Shown: positions 25,005 through 38,811 of the stretch, piece by piece
Position numbering within the stretch: the stretch's first letter is position 1
How the letters are laid out: the number at the start of each line of letters is the position of its first letter
Assembly (NCBI GenBank): GCA_951406725.2
Contig: OX597830.1
Location: 31,434,001-31,498,000 of the forward strand
DNA: 64,000 nucleotides
Source: Octopus vulgaris
Taxonomy: Eukaryota
Reading direction: 5' to 3'
Program-made: the position numbers and the translations under genes
Notes under the pieces: model-generated
Databases searched by the model: none
Told to the model about the DNA's origin: nothing
The model's input: only the letters and a program-made list of their open reading frames with translations

Positions 25005-25980
25005 TGTCTCCCTGTATCTGTTCGTGGTGCTTACAAACGTAGATATATGAGAGCGAAATAGAGGTAGATAGATAGATAGATAGATAGATGGATAGATAGA
25101 TGGATGGATAGATGGATGGATGGATAGATAGATAGATGGATGGATAGATGGATGGATGGATGGATGGATAGATTGATAGATAAACAGAACACTTGCATAT
25201 TTATGTTTATATAACATGCAGATGAAAACAACAGAAACTTAAAGAATACATTTTTAGGTCGGAGTGTATCATTCATATATATATATTTGTGTGTGTGTTT
25301 ATGAATGAAATAAGGCCATGAATATGTACATATGCACACTTCAATTTGCATATATGCACGCCAGTCTGTAGACGTGGTGGTGTGGGGAGATATGTGTTTG
25401 CGTAGAGTTTATACGTTTCATCTGTATGAAGTGAGTGCTCTTCTGTCATGGAGACACAATAAAGATTCTCTCCTCCTTTTACATTTATGTACTGGTAAAT
25501 TTACATTATGTTTATATCATTGCTGTTTGTTTGCTCTTTCTTGATTGTTATCAAACTGCCTGAAGATTCCAAACAAAGGCATATAGAGAGACAGACAGAG
25601 ACAGACGGACGCAAGCACACAATCTGATTCATATATATACATATATACATATTCATATGTATGTGAGTGTCTATATATATATACATACATAAATACATAT
25701 ATATATATATATGCATATATATGTATATGTATATATACATGTATGTATGTATATATGTACATATATATATGTATATATGTATATATGATTGTATAAACAC
25801 CTGCGCACACGTATTTTTGCACATGTACACATATATAGTTATAATACTCATACACAAATATCTATATATAAATATATCTGTGTATATATCTATATATAAA
25901 TATATCTGTATAGTATATATATATATGCCCCAGCATGGCCGCGGCCTTCGGGCTAAAACATTTTTAAGGATTTAAGGATT

Positions 25981-26088
<108 letters not shown>

Positions 26089-26194
26089 ATTATATCAACA
26101 AATCTGTATATTCACATACATATTCGTATGTACGTATGTGCATGTACGTATATGTATATATGTTTATATATGTGCATATATGTGTGTCTGTGTT

Positions 26195-26355
26195 TCTGCA
26201 GGTTTCTGCAGTCACCGTTTACCAAATTCCAATCTGTTGTTGGAGTCTTCGTCAACTCCAAGAGTAAGACAATGACAAAGCCTAGCTGCTGTGAAGAGGA
26301 ATCGAACCAGGGACCACGTGGTTGTAAATCGCACGCTCTAAACCGCCGCACGACA
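26195..26355 (-). mobile_element. Degraded tRNA-derived SINE head (A-like)
   Basis: Minus strand: gtgcggcggtttagagcg...tggttcgattcc...ttggtaaacggtgactgcagaaacc. Confidence 0.5.
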
Positions 26356-26527
26356 ACAAATCTCAGTGTGTGTTCTGACATACATGAATCATAAATAGTT
26401 AAATATTTGATATTTGATTACACATACGCACGCACTTACACACACATATATATATACATACACAGAATTACATGCAAATACACCTATACACACACATATT
26501 TTTTACCCACCTCATGAATATGCAAAT

Positions 26528-26617
<90 letters not shown>

Positions 26618-26929
26618 TGTATGTATGTATGTATGTATGTATGTGTGTTAGTGTGTATTATATATATATATATATGTGTATATATATACAAACTTTTTTT
26701 TGCATATTCATGAGTTGGGCCCTAGATGTGAAACAGATGGCATTAGAGAAGGCAAGAGTTGTAGTTACATACATATCTCTCTCTCTATCTAAAAAAAAAA
26801 AGAAATAATAATAATAAAAACGAAAGGAGAACAAAAGAATGAACGAACCAACCAAACGAACAGATAATAAAATAATAAACAATTAGAAAAGTGAGAATGA
26901 GAGAATGGAACGCCAAACTCCACATAGCC

Positions 26930-26997
<68 letters not shown>

Positions 26998-27250
26998 AAA
27001 AAAAAAAATCGGTGGGTTGGGTGTTGGGTTAGTTTTCAGAGGATACAGAAGGATGTGTGTTAGGAGAACAGTTAAAATGGAAGGGATTGAAACATAAAAA
27101 GGATTATTATAAATTCTTGGGAGATAGTCTCAGATTTTCTTGTTGTTCTGATTTGTTTTGTTTTGTTTTGTTGTTGTTCTATTTTTTTTTTAGGTTTTGA
27201 AAGCTTTTTTATTTTATTTTTTTTTTCTATTTTTATGTTTTTTAAAGCTA

Positions 27251-27319
<69 letters not shown>

Positions 27320-27490
27320 CATTATTATTGGGGTTGTTCTTCATTTTATTCATTTTAAAATAGGAATGTTTTGTTTTTGTTTTTCCATTTACATATCCTT
27401 CTGTTTATGGTTCTGTTTTATATATACATACATACATACATACATACATATATGTGCGTGTGTGTGTGTGTATGTTATATATATGCATAC

Positions 27491-27592
<102 letters not shown>

Positions 27593-27870
27593 TTAGATAG
27601 ATAGATAGACACACAAACAGACAGATAGATAGATAGATTGATAGAAAATAGATAGATAGATACACATATATGTAAACATATATATATATGTATAATTTTT
27701 TTCTATATATTTTTATGTATTGTATTTTATGTGATGTCTTCTGTATTGTCTCCACAAGATCTCACTGTACTACCACTACAACTGCGACAACTACTACTGC
27801 TGCTGCTGCTACTTCCACCATCGATGCCATCGCCATTCATCTCTCACACTTTCTCATTTATACACCCAAT

Positions 27871-27911
<41 letters not shown>

Positions 27912-28195
27912 CGCTAACCCATCATTTAATCGAGTTATTTCCATTGTTTGATAACACAACACATACAACTATCTATACATTACTATATATATGGGTATCC
28001 GTATTAGATATACTTACATATACATATACATACACATATATAAACATATATATACTTATACATACATATATATGCGTATGCATATATATATATGCATCTA
28101 TATATATATACATATATATGTGTGTGTGTGTGTGTATATATATATATGTATGTATATATCTATATACACACAAATATACACACATATACACACAC

Positions 28196-28240
<45 letters not shown>

Positions 28241-28249
28241 TGTAGCCTT

Positions 28250-28393
28250 GTTTTTTTCCGTGTCCCTTTCTGTAGAAGAGCGTAGGCTCGAAACGTAAAA
28301 GACTTTTTTCAATTCCTGAGCGTTATGCTAATACATCTGCTTGTTTCGTACACCACCTGTCTTCGTCTTTTGTTTTTTTCGTGAACTCTCCCT
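28250..28393 (+). mobile_element. Family G pLTR fragment with a hammerhead variant
   Basis: cttt-CTGTAGA-a-gagc-gtag-gctc-GAAA-cg-TA-aaag at 28266-28301; ends in (TA)n. Confidence 0.7.
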
Positions 28394-28410
28394 ATATATA
28401 TATATGTATA

Positions 28411-28468
<58 letters not shown>

Positions 28469-28947
28469 TACATACATACATACATACATACATACATACA
28501 TACATACATACATACATACATACATGCATGCATACATATACATACATAAAATCTTACAAACATGCATATATAAATATATGTCCTTCTTATAACAATAATG
28601 TCTAATATGTATGAGCGTGTGCCGTGACGCTGTATTCGTGTAAGAAACCTCATACAGAACAAACATGTGCAATCCGCACAGCTGTATAAGAATTCCCATA
28701 ATGTTTAGATACATCAAAACACATGCACACACGAGCGCCCGCAAACACACATGTATACACAAATAGTCGCGTACAAAAATATATAAGCAGTCAACAAGTG
28801 TAAAATTATCTGGGACTATTTTGAAGCGCGCACTGTTAAGTAATATAACGTCGTGCTTTTTCTTTTCGTGTAGACATCATGGAGTAATAAGTAGGTCAAT
28901 ATATATGTTTTAAAAGACATTATTTTGGATTTATAAACTCAGTTTAG

Positions 28948-29411
28948 GGATCTTTTCGCTTTGACCGGCAGTTTTTTAAAATAATTTCCATGTAACTAAA
29001 CACTTTTAAACTTCGTATACTGGTAGAATGTGTTTATAAAACATCTTCTTCTCTTGGCCTTCTTGAGAAAATTCTGTAGTTTGTAAGATATTTGTAAGAT
29101 ATTTTCTTCCTTTTCTGCAATTTCAACCAATCAATGACGTCTATTGAGGTGAAAACATTCTCTGACGTATGAAAATGTCCTTCGTTTAAGAAACAGATTG
29201 GGTTTATTTACATTTCTGAAGAAAAAAAATACCCTTCCACTCACCCCTCACCCTATCCCTAACTAACCCTAAATAACCCTAACTCTAACCCTAACCCTAA
29301 AACTGATTGAAATGCAATAGATCGATACTAGGGTCATAATTATGCGTAACAATTTCATATGACACCGCTAGAAAGAATTTTTAAAAACTGCCGGTCAAAG
29401 CGAAAAGGTCC
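28948..29411 (+). mobile_element. MITE family F (~28-bp TIRs, internal CCCTAA tract)
   Basis: TIRs ggatcttttcgctttgaccggcagttttt / aaaaactgccggtcaaagcgaaaaggtcc; flanks cagtttag and cagattag. Confidence 0.88.
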
Positions 29412-29789
29412 CAGATTAGATTGAAATACCGAGAAAGGTGGGATTCCACTAGCTGTCATATTTTATCTCAGAGAAACTTCTTCAAACGTTAATAACACAT
29501 GGCTTTGCTCAGAGCTCCAGTGGTTTCCACCAGAAGCGGTGTTTTGATCTGGGTTTGTATCCTCAGTGAAAAATGCTTGTTCTTAAACTGAAATTGGTAA
29601 ACATAGCATTTACTGATTTGTGCGAAGGTCAAGCTACAATTAAATTGAAGTACACACTGCAGCAACTTTTGAATAAATTATCGGTGTGTATACTAATTAT
29701 ATTGTGTATACAAACGAAACAACATTAGCAGATATTATATGTGTGCGTGTGTGTATGTGTATGTATGTGTGTATGCATATGTATATCTT

Positions 29790-30015
29790 TGTGCATGTGT
29801 TTTTCTACCACCACCGCTTGATAACCGGTGTTGGTGTGTTGATGTCCCTGTAACTTACCGGTTCGGCAACAGAGTTCAATAGAATAAGTACTAGGTTTAA
29901 AAAAGAAAAAAATGAGTCCTAGGGTCGATTTCTTCGACTAAATCCCTTCAGGGCGGTGCTCCAGCATGACCGCAGTCAAATGACTGAAACAAGTAAAAGA
30001 TAAAAAGATAAAAGA
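29790..30015 (+). mobile_element. SINE family A, 3' half
   Basis: ccgcttgataaccggtgttggtgtg...gactgaaacaagtaaaagataaaa. Confidence 0.85.
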
Positions 30016-30097
30016 AATAAATCACATTCGGTACCGTAATTTAAGACAAGAACAGGCAGAAGGCTGTAAGCCTTTTATATACGAAGAAACACGATAA

Positions 30098-30422
30098 AGG
30101 CCCCTATCGGTTATGAATGACTATGCGATTGCACCCAGAAAGTTCCCCTCCGAGGCACAAGTCGGGAAAGGTTTGTTTTTGTGAAAGGCCAACATACCAG
30201 CCTTCCTCCTCCATCCCACCGATGTTATCCAGAGGAAAGGCAAAGGCCGAAACAGCTCGGCGCCAGTGACGTCGCAACTCATTTCTACAGATTAACGAAC
30301 TGGAGCAAAGTGAAATGAAGTGACTTGCTCAAGAACACAACACACAACCAGGTCTAGGAATCGAACTCAGTAGCTCCTGATTGTGAGCCCGACGATCTAA
30401 CCGCTGAGCCATGCGCCTTCAC
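30098..30422 (-). mobile_element. SINE with D-type head and a fourth tail type
   Basis: TSD-like gaagaaaca(c/a)gataa on both sides; head gtgaaggcgcatggctcagcggttag. Confidence 0.85.
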
Positions 30423-30436
30423 GAAGAAACAAGATA

Positions 30437-30741
30437 ATCGACCCCGAAAGGATGAAAGGCAAAGTCGATCTCGGCGGAATTTGATCTCAGAACGTAGCGA
30501 CAGACGAAATACCTATCTCTTTACTGCCCACAAGGGGCAACACACAGAGGGGGCAAACAAGCACAGACAAACGGATTAAGTCGATTATATCGACCCAGTG
30601 CGTAACTGGTACTTATTTAATCGACCCCGAAAGGATGAAAGGCAAAGTCCACCTCGGCGGAATTTGAACTCAGAACGTAGCGGCAGACGAAATACTGCTA
30701 AGCATTTCATCCGGCGTGCTAACGGTTCTGCCAGCTCGCCG
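30437..30741 (-). mobile_element. SINE family B tandem (one full plus one partial unit)
   Basis: gaaatac at 30506 and 30689 (183-bp period). Confidence 0.88.
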
Positions 30742-30761
30742 TAATGTTTAATTATAAATAA

Positions 30762-30975
30762 GGCAGCAAGAAAGCAGAATCTTTAGCACACCGCGGAAAA
30801 TAAATAACAGCATTTTGTTCGCCTTGACGTTCTGAGTTCAAATTCCGTTGAGGTTGTCTTTACCTATTTTTCTTTCGAGGTCAATAAAATAAATACCAGT
30901 TGATCACTGGGTTCGATGTAATCGAATTACTCCTTCTTCCGAAACTGCTGGCGTTTTACCAAAATTTAAAAACAA
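30762..30975 (+). mobile_element. SINE family B (older variant)
   Basis: gacgttctgagttcaaattccgttgaggttgtc core. Confidence 0.75.
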
Positions 30976-31376
30976 TATTTAATTATAAATACACTGAATT
31001 TGAGAAAAAAAAAAAATTCATATTCACTGAGTTCTTTGTGAAGGGCCCCACTGCAAGAAGAAATATTCTGCATTGTATAAATAAAATTTTGTTTTTGATA
31101 TTCTTTTTCTTTTCCTTTTGTTAATATTCAGCTCGTCTCCCCCGTAAGTAAATTTAAATTTTTTTGTTTTATTGATTTTTGGCTTAACATACGCGCATAC
31201 AGGAATACACAGACCCCTTCCAACCAACACCATACATCTACACATACTCAATCTCTGAATCGTAACTTAACATTGTAACCTTCAGCTATTAATAAGCAGC
31301 CCCTGTCCGTCTGTCTGGCAGGCTGGCGGTCTGTCTGTTTGACTCTATATCCATACATCCAAACATACATACATAC

Positions 31377-31424
<48 letters not shown>

Positions 31425-31493
31425 GTGTGTATACACACATATGAAATATGATATATCTGTATAATGAATATATATATGTATATACATATACAT

Positions 31494-31561
<68 letters not shown>

Positions 31562-32519
31562 TCACATATACATATACATACAAATATAGATACATTTATA
31601 CATATGTATATATATATACATACACACACACATACACGTGTGTATGTTGCATATATATTTGTATATACATCTGTATGTTTAGGTATATATATATATATAT
31701 ATATATGCATGTGCATGTGTGTGAGGGAGAGAGAGAGAGTACACGTGTATGAATAAATGTATATATATATAGATATATGTATGTATGTATGTATGTATGT
31801 GCATATGTATAAATAGGAAGGTGCATGTGCGTGGAGTTTTTTTGTTTTTTTTTTTGTCATTTTCCCATGTTTATATTCCACTGCTTTTATTGTCATCGTT
31901 GCTGTTGTTGCAGTTATCTCATAGCTTTCTATCTTCTCCGCCATCTCAGACAGTGTCTCCGCGAAGAATCGTATCCATTCCCCATTCATGCCATTTCTGA
32001 CTCTCTGTCTGTGCATGTGAAAAAAAAAAAAGAAGTGTCTGTCTCTCTCTATGTCCTATATCCCTCTGTAATATAGCATGTGCGTATGTGTTTGTTTGTA
32101 TGAATCTATTTCGCAATATGTGTAGGTATTTATATACTTACATGCGTATGCATGTCACTTTGCTTATTATATATATGCGTGTTTGATCATTTGTGCCTGT
32201 GCAAGCACGGTGCATTTGGGTATGAGGATGCGTGTAGTGGTGTAGATGGGGAGGAGCAGAGGGGTGGCATATGTTTGTGGGGGTGGGGATCGATGCTGGT
32301 GGTAGTGGTGGTGGTGGTTCGTGGTGGTGGTGGTGACCGTGGTGTAAATAGATAACAGGGATAGTGATGACGATAACGGTGGTGATTGAAGTTGGTGCTG
32401 ATAATGATGGTTGTGGCGGCGGGAGTTGATTATGATGATGATGGAGGAGGCAATAGGGGATGATTTGTGGTGAAGGTGATGCTAGTGGGTCGGAGGAGGC
32501 GTTGGTGTCGTTGCTTAGA

Positions 32520-32720
32520 CCCAAGCCAGCCCCGCTCTAGCACGTTTATGACCAAAGGTAGTCTAACCATGCCCATCTCCTCTGTTATTCAAACCTAATC
32601 AGTAAATATATCAACCAATAATGTGTCCTTTTCTTTTTAATAAGATATATATATATATATAGAAAGGGGATTTGGTTGTTATTTCTAGCAAAGTGAATGG
32701 CCATATAGATGCTCCCTTGT
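32520..32720. repeat. Old dispersed repeat family J
   Basis: tatgaccaaagg...aatgtgtcctttt...gatttggttgttatttctagca. Confidence 0.55.
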
Positions 32721-32784
32721 TGGGATATCCAATTCGACGTTAGCGGAGTTGAGATCGATGTCGGAGTTTTTGGTGATGAAGATA

Positions 32785-33070
32785 ACGATGATGATGGTGA
32801 TGATGATAATAATTATGATGATGATGATGATTATGATGATGGAGATGGTAGTGGTGGTGGAGGGGTTGATGTTGCTTGCGGTGTTGTTTGTTGTTGTTGT
32901 GGTGGTGGTTGTGGTGGTGATGGTGGTGGCAATGGTGTGATGCTGGTATTGGTGGTGGTGGTGATGTTGGTGGTGATGTTGGTGGCGGTGGCAGCGAAGG
33001 TGGTGGAGGTAGTGGCAGCAGCGGTGATGGTGGTAGTGGTGGTGGTGATGATGATGATGACGACGACGAC

Positions 33071-33108
<38 letters not shown>

Positions 33109-33297
33109 CGATGTTGATGACGACGATGATGATGATGATGATGATGATGGTGATGATGTTGATGATGATGGTGATGATGATGATGGTGATGACGATGATG
33201 ATGATGACGACGACGACGACGACGATGATGATGATGATGATGATGATAATGACGATGTTGATGACGATGATGATGATGATGATGATGATAGTGATGG

Positions 33298-33328
<31 letters not shown>

Positions 33329-33332
33329 GATG

Positions 33333-33382
<50 letters not shown>

Positions 33383-33495
33383 AGTGATGATGATGATGAT
33401 GATGATGATGATGGTGATGATGATGGTGATGATGATGATGATGATGATGGTGATAATGACGATGATGATGATGACGATGGTGATGATGATGATGG
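32785..33495. repeat. (GAT)n/(GGT)n low-complexity tract
   Basis: Direct reading; source of poly-M and poly-S ORFs. Confidence 0.92.
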
Positions 33496-33879
33496 CATTC
33501 TGGGAAGTGGATGGATTAGTAGGAAGTAGCTTACAGCAGATTAGTCATTGAACAGAGAGAAACTGAAGCAAGGATGGTGGTGGCGGCGGCGGCGGCGATG
33601 ATGATGATGGTGGTGGTGGTGGTGGTGGTGGTGGTGGTGGTGCTGTTGGTGTTGGTGCTGGTGCTGGTCATGACAATGGTATTGATGTTGGCGATGGTTG
33701 TGGCGACGATGATGGTTCTGATAGTGACGGTGGCTGGGTGGAATGATGGATGCAGTGGTTGGTTGTAGTTGTAATTGTTGTATCGACGGTGATGGTCACG
33801 GCAATGGTTGTGTAAATGATGTGGATGGATTCTGTTTCAAGCAATATACAGCTTATCTCTCTGCCAGACTCCCTGCTTG

Positions 33880-33912
<33 letters not shown>

Positions 33913-33960
33913 TTATCTATCTATCAATCTATATATATATACATATATATAAATACATAT

Positions 33961-34011
<51 letters not shown>

Positions 34012-34070
34012 ATATATATGGTCGCAAAAATAAAACAAAAGCATATAAAGAAATAAAAGAAACAAAAACC

Positions 34071-34102
<32 letters not shown>

Positions 34103-35249
34103 CAACACTACAACGACTGCCAACACCAGCATCAGCACCACCAGCGCCAGCACCACCACAGCCTCCAACTCCATCCCTGACGACGATGGCAGCACTCCCC
34201 TCAAAAATCTTCCATCTCTGCTCTCACTCACACTGGCAGCAGCAGTAGTAGCAGCAGCAGCATTAGCACCAGCAGCAGCAGGCACAACAACAACAACAAC
34301 AACTACAACAAGAAGGGGAAAATGGTTGGAATATAAGGGGTGGGTGCGTCTAGTCGCCTCAAGCTCGTCCCTTTCCTTTCTGCAGGATCAGGCCTCTCAA
34401 ATCCCCCACCCCCTGAAAGGCATCGGCAGACGGCGGGGGTTTTCTGCTAGGTGGGGTAGTGATAGGCAGCAGCAGCAGCAGCAGCAGTAGCAGCGAAACC
34501 AGCAGCGGCAGCGGCAGCAGAAGCAGGAATAGACAGAAAGAGAGAGAGAGAGAGAGCTATACAAAGAGAAATATGTAAGAGATATGTGTGCCTGTGTTGC
34601 ATGAGAAAGAGAGAGGGAGTGAGAGAGAATGGGAGAGAGAGAGAGAGAGAATTGGAGAGATGGAGGTGAGTGAGAGGGAGAGCGCGAGTGAGAAGGAGGA
34701 CAAAGATAGAAAGACATGAGAGAAAGAGAGAAAAGAGGGGAAAAAAATATATATTCTGTGGACAGCAGAATATGGACAGATTAGTGGCGGTAAAAATATT
34801 TCAGAAATGATTCAGCATCAGTGAAGGGGTGAGGGTGGGGTGGGGGCAGGAGTGGCAGCGGTGGCGGCGGCGGCGGCGGTGGTGGTAGTGGTGGTGGTGG
34901 CGGCGGTTGCGGCTGCGGTGGTGGTGGTGGTGGTGTTGGAGAAATCTCTGGGTTGGATAGGAAAGGGTGATGGCAATGATGGAGGTGGTAGTGCTTGTGG
35001 TGGTGGTTGGTGGTGGGTAAAACTGGAGCCTGTCCCTCAATGTTATGCGAAGGGACAGGGACACTGTGTGTGCGTGTGTCTATGTGTGTGTATGTGCGTG
35101 TATGTGCGTGTATGTGTGTGTATGGGTGTGTGTGCGTGTATGTGGAAGGGAGAGGCTTTCGATATGGCGGTGTGGTGTAGCGTAATGTGCTGGGGATGTG
35201 ATTCTTGTTGTTGTTTTTTCTTCCTTTGCCGTTATTCTTTTACAACCCT

Positions 35250-35460
35250 AAGTCTAGGTCAGCCTTGATTGAGCGGAATTCTAATCGAACAGAGTCAAGC
35301 GATGACCATCCCGGCTCTATGTTATACATTGCGTAATATACATTTTGTTTCTATTTATTCATTTACTTTTCTTTTATACTAAAAGGCAAGATGAGAATTT
35401 GTGGAAGATTTAGCTGCTATGTTTAGCAAGGTGAGGGACTGCATAGAGACACTTCCATGG
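35250..35460. repeat. Old dispersed repeat family J
   Basis: ccttgattgagc...atgaccatcccg...gatttagctgctatgtttagcaagg. Confidence 0.55.
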
Positions 35461-35824
35461 TTTGGTACCAATGGATGTGCTAGAGAAATTCAGTTATGTG
35501 TATGTATGTGTGTTCTTGTATAGGCGGTGCTCCAGCATGGCCACAGTCAAATGACTGAAGCAAGCAAAGGAGTAAAGGAGTAAAGGAGTATATGCACACA
35601 CACACACGCGCGCGCACACACACACACAAACATACACACCAATGCCTAATTTGGGCGATGGATCTGTGCATGCATGTATGAATGTATGCATATATGAGTT
35701 TGTGTGTGTGTGTGTGTGTATACGTGCATGAGTGTGTGTACTGGAATGCTTACATACATGCATATGAATATAGACAGATTTATTATGTGCGTATGCCCAT
35801 GTGCACATGTACCACTGTGGTAGT

Positions 35825-35877
<53 letters not shown>

Positions 35878-35943
35878 TATATTGAACAATGAGAATGAGT
35901 GTTCTACACTGCATTGGTGGTTTTAATTACTTTACTTGTGTAT

Positions 35944-36045
35944 TAAGGCTACCCCTGGTTTCATGTTAAGAGAATATCTTAATATCTTAAGAAAATTGTT
36001 AAGGTATTAAGATATTTGCTTGGCATGAAACCAATGGTAGCCTTA
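35944..36045. repeat. Imperfect ~47-bp fold-back palindrome
   Basis: taaggctacc..tggtttcatg..aatatcttaatatcttaa / ttaaggtattaagatatt..catgaaacca..ggtagcctta. Confidence 0.85.
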
Positions 36046-36047
36046 GA

Positions 36048-36170
36048 AAAACCAAAAACGAAAACAGGTGTATAAACAGCAAACAGGGAAGGTGAGAAAA
36101 TCTTTTACGTTTCGAGCCTACGCTCTGCAGCTGAAAGGGACACGGGGAAATAAACAGAGAGAGAATAAAA
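36048..36170 (-). mobile_element. Family G pLTR fragment, decayed core
   Basis: tcttttacgtttcgagcctacgctct at 36101-36126. Confidence 0.6.
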
Positions 36171-36203
36171 GACTATTGGAGTTAGCGGTGAATCATACAT
36201 ACA

Positions 36204-36275
<72 letters not shown>

Positions 36276-36454
36276 CATATATATATATATTCATATGTGC
36301 ATATATATATTTATATGTGTAGATTGCTTGGATACATAAGGCGTGTTATAAAAACTTGGCTAGACCCGTATCTTCAAAGCATGAAACTATTAGCAGTTAG
36401 TATCATTATATTTTGTACATTGTTGATGTCCCCTTGAGAGAAAATAAACTATTC

Positions 36455-36499
<45 letters not shown>

Positions 36500-36704
36500 C
36501 GATGGGTGAATGAATTATCCTATGTTTACCGTCAACATGGAAAATTGGATGAACAAATACCAGGGTAGCAAATTCACGTCAGAAACACAGTTGAAGCGAC
36601 CTATCCAAAGGTAGAAACTCCGGGTTCATGTGCAGAAATTTGTGTATTATATATGAATAAATAAATAAATGGAGTTGAACGAAGATGTTGATAAAATTCC
36701 TTTA

Positions 36705-36786
36705 CTTTCGACATATGTTTCGAAGACAACATGGTTTTATTCCAAAGGAATAAACGGTGTAAGATGCAATCTTCTCATCAGGAAAG
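36705..36786 (-). ncRNA. Type I hammerhead ribozyme motif (left arm)
   Basis: ctttc-CTGATGA-gaagat..gtcttc-GAAA-catatg-TC-gaaag. Confidence 0.72.
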
Positions 36787-36866
36787 AAAGGGAGCCTCTC
36801 TCACCAACAAGATAATGCAGTCATCGTAATTATTATATTGTCTTATTGGTGAGAGAGGCTCCCTTT

Positions 36867-36948
36867 CTTTCCTGATGAGAAGATTGCATCTTACACCGTT
36901 TATTCCTTTGGAATAAAACCATGTTATCTTCGAAACATATGTCGAAAG
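36867..36948 (+). ncRNA. Type I hammerhead ribozyme motif (right arm)
   Basis: ctttc-CTGATGA(36872-36878)-gaagat..atcttc-GAAA(36932-36935)-catatg-TC-gaaag; GUC cleavage triplet. Confidence 0.75.
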
Positions 36949-36998
36949 TAAAGGAATTTTATCAACATCTTCGTTCAACTCCATTTATTTATTTATTC

Positions 36999-37049
<51 letters not shown>

Positions 37050-37203
37050 CATATGCATGTATGCTTGTATGTATGTATATGAAGTCGTCATTTCAGTTAT
37101 ACAGCGAACGTTCGCATGAGAATGATCATCTGTTGCTTGTTAAAACATTACATAACAGAACAAAGTAACCAAACCATTTCGTCAGACATGATTTGAATGT
37201 TCA

Positions 37204-37254
<51 letters not shown>

Positions 37255-38256
37255 AACGCATATAAAGTGAAAAACAAACAAAGATATAAAAAGAAAGGCT
37301 GAGAGACACATACAGATAGGAAGAAGACAGAACAGGAGAAAGAGAAACTCGTGGAGCACTCTTTTAAGAATCAGCTGTTGCTAGGCAATAGCGGATTACG
37401 TCACTGGCACTTAAAAAGCATTCCAGCTATTTCAAGGTATATTTGAAAATCTGGAAACGAATGTGAAACTACTCTATTAACAGTACATTACTATGCTTAT
37501 GGCACCAGCGTTTGGGAAAAGTACGAAGTACTGAAGCCTTACTCCAGCTCCGAACTTATTTCGACCTGTCGACATACGTTCAAATATCTTTGCGTGAACT
37601 ACAAAATAGATCCTTATCATGTATGACTAGCAAAGCAAACATAATTAAATTTGTTATTGCTCATTTAATTTCATTCTGTTGGGATTGCAGTCAACTAATG
37701 GACAAATTGAAAAAAAAAAACTTATGTTTAGAATAAATAAATAAATAAATATATGCAAGCACATGCATTTCTGTTTCTATATTTTATGTATTTTTTTGTT
37801 ATACGTATTGTTTATAAACATGTATACATACATATCTACATCCACACGCGCGCGTGCATATATTATGCGCTGGTCGGCTTTGAACAAATGCGTTCTTTGT
37901 GAGATATATGTGCGTTTCGAACGCCTTAGGAGAGCAGAAATATTTGTATTATGAGAATCGAAACTGATTCGTGAATTTTGCTTGTAGAAAGCTTATCTCT
38001 TGTCTCCATTTTACAAACACATAAAAAAAATAAAAGAAACCCAAACACACATATATTTGTAAGATAGCGTCTGAGAGAACCTTCTCCCGTGCCACTGTGC
38101 AATGAAGGTTGTTACACCGGTTCCCTGTTTGGACATTGATTAAACAACCTTTAGCAATGCTTAATGCTTCTTACACTTGTAATTTAGATTACAACATGAA
38201 AACAACTAATGTAGGGATGTATACATGCAAACGAAACATATATGACAGTTTCCTTG

Positions 38257-38324
<68 letters not shown>

Positions 38325-38326
<2 letters not shown>

Positions 38327-38632
38327 GGGAAGCTTTATGAAAATAGACAAAAGACGAAGGCAGGTTTACGGAAATAAACAAAAGACGAAGGCAGGTGGAA
38401 TACAAACAAACAATTGTATTAGTATGGCGCTCAGGAAATATAAATAAAACAAGTCTTTAACGTTTCGAGCCTACGCTCTTCAACAGAAAGATACACAGAG
38501 AAAAAACACAGAAAGAAGGAGAGAAAAAAAATGCGTGCAGAGGCTAGCGAATCAACATGGCGATCTGATTTCGGCCAGAAGTCAGAGATCAAACATGAGA
38601 CGCAAGAGCGAAATTAGGGGAGATAATAGGGT
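38325..38632 (-). mobile_element. Family G pLTR between (TA)n tracts
   Basis: Reverse complement of 23232-23512; hammerhead variant at 38454-38491; internal ~31-bp tandem duplication. Confidence 0.75.
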
Positions 38633-38811
38633 ATATATATATATATAATACAAATAAGAAAATGGAGAAAAAAATTTAGTTTGTTCATCAACTTACGGAT
38701 ATTATAATGTTAGATTATTTATTCATTTTACAAATGGGAGCATCAAAAGCATGCAAAAATATTATATAAATCAATAGATAAGATAATAATAAAATACAGA
38801 TTTTAAAAGTC

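Larger units (their letters stand above)
36648..37005. mobile_element. Near-perfect ~168-bp inverted repeat (Penelope-like inverted pLTR) with two hammerheads
   Basis: Arms 36648-36816 and 36837-37005; three mismatches by eye; 20-nt spacer; both ends in TA-rich sequence. Confidence 0.85.

Noticed and set aside
26128-26394. Acceptor-like site followed by a complex-looking ORF
   Set aside because: The sequence is the reverse complement of a degraded tRNA-derived SINE head.
31860-32016. Minus-strand open stretch after a polypyrimidine tract (..EWIRFFAETLSEMAEKIESYE..)
   Set aside because: No clear donor site and no recognisable homology.
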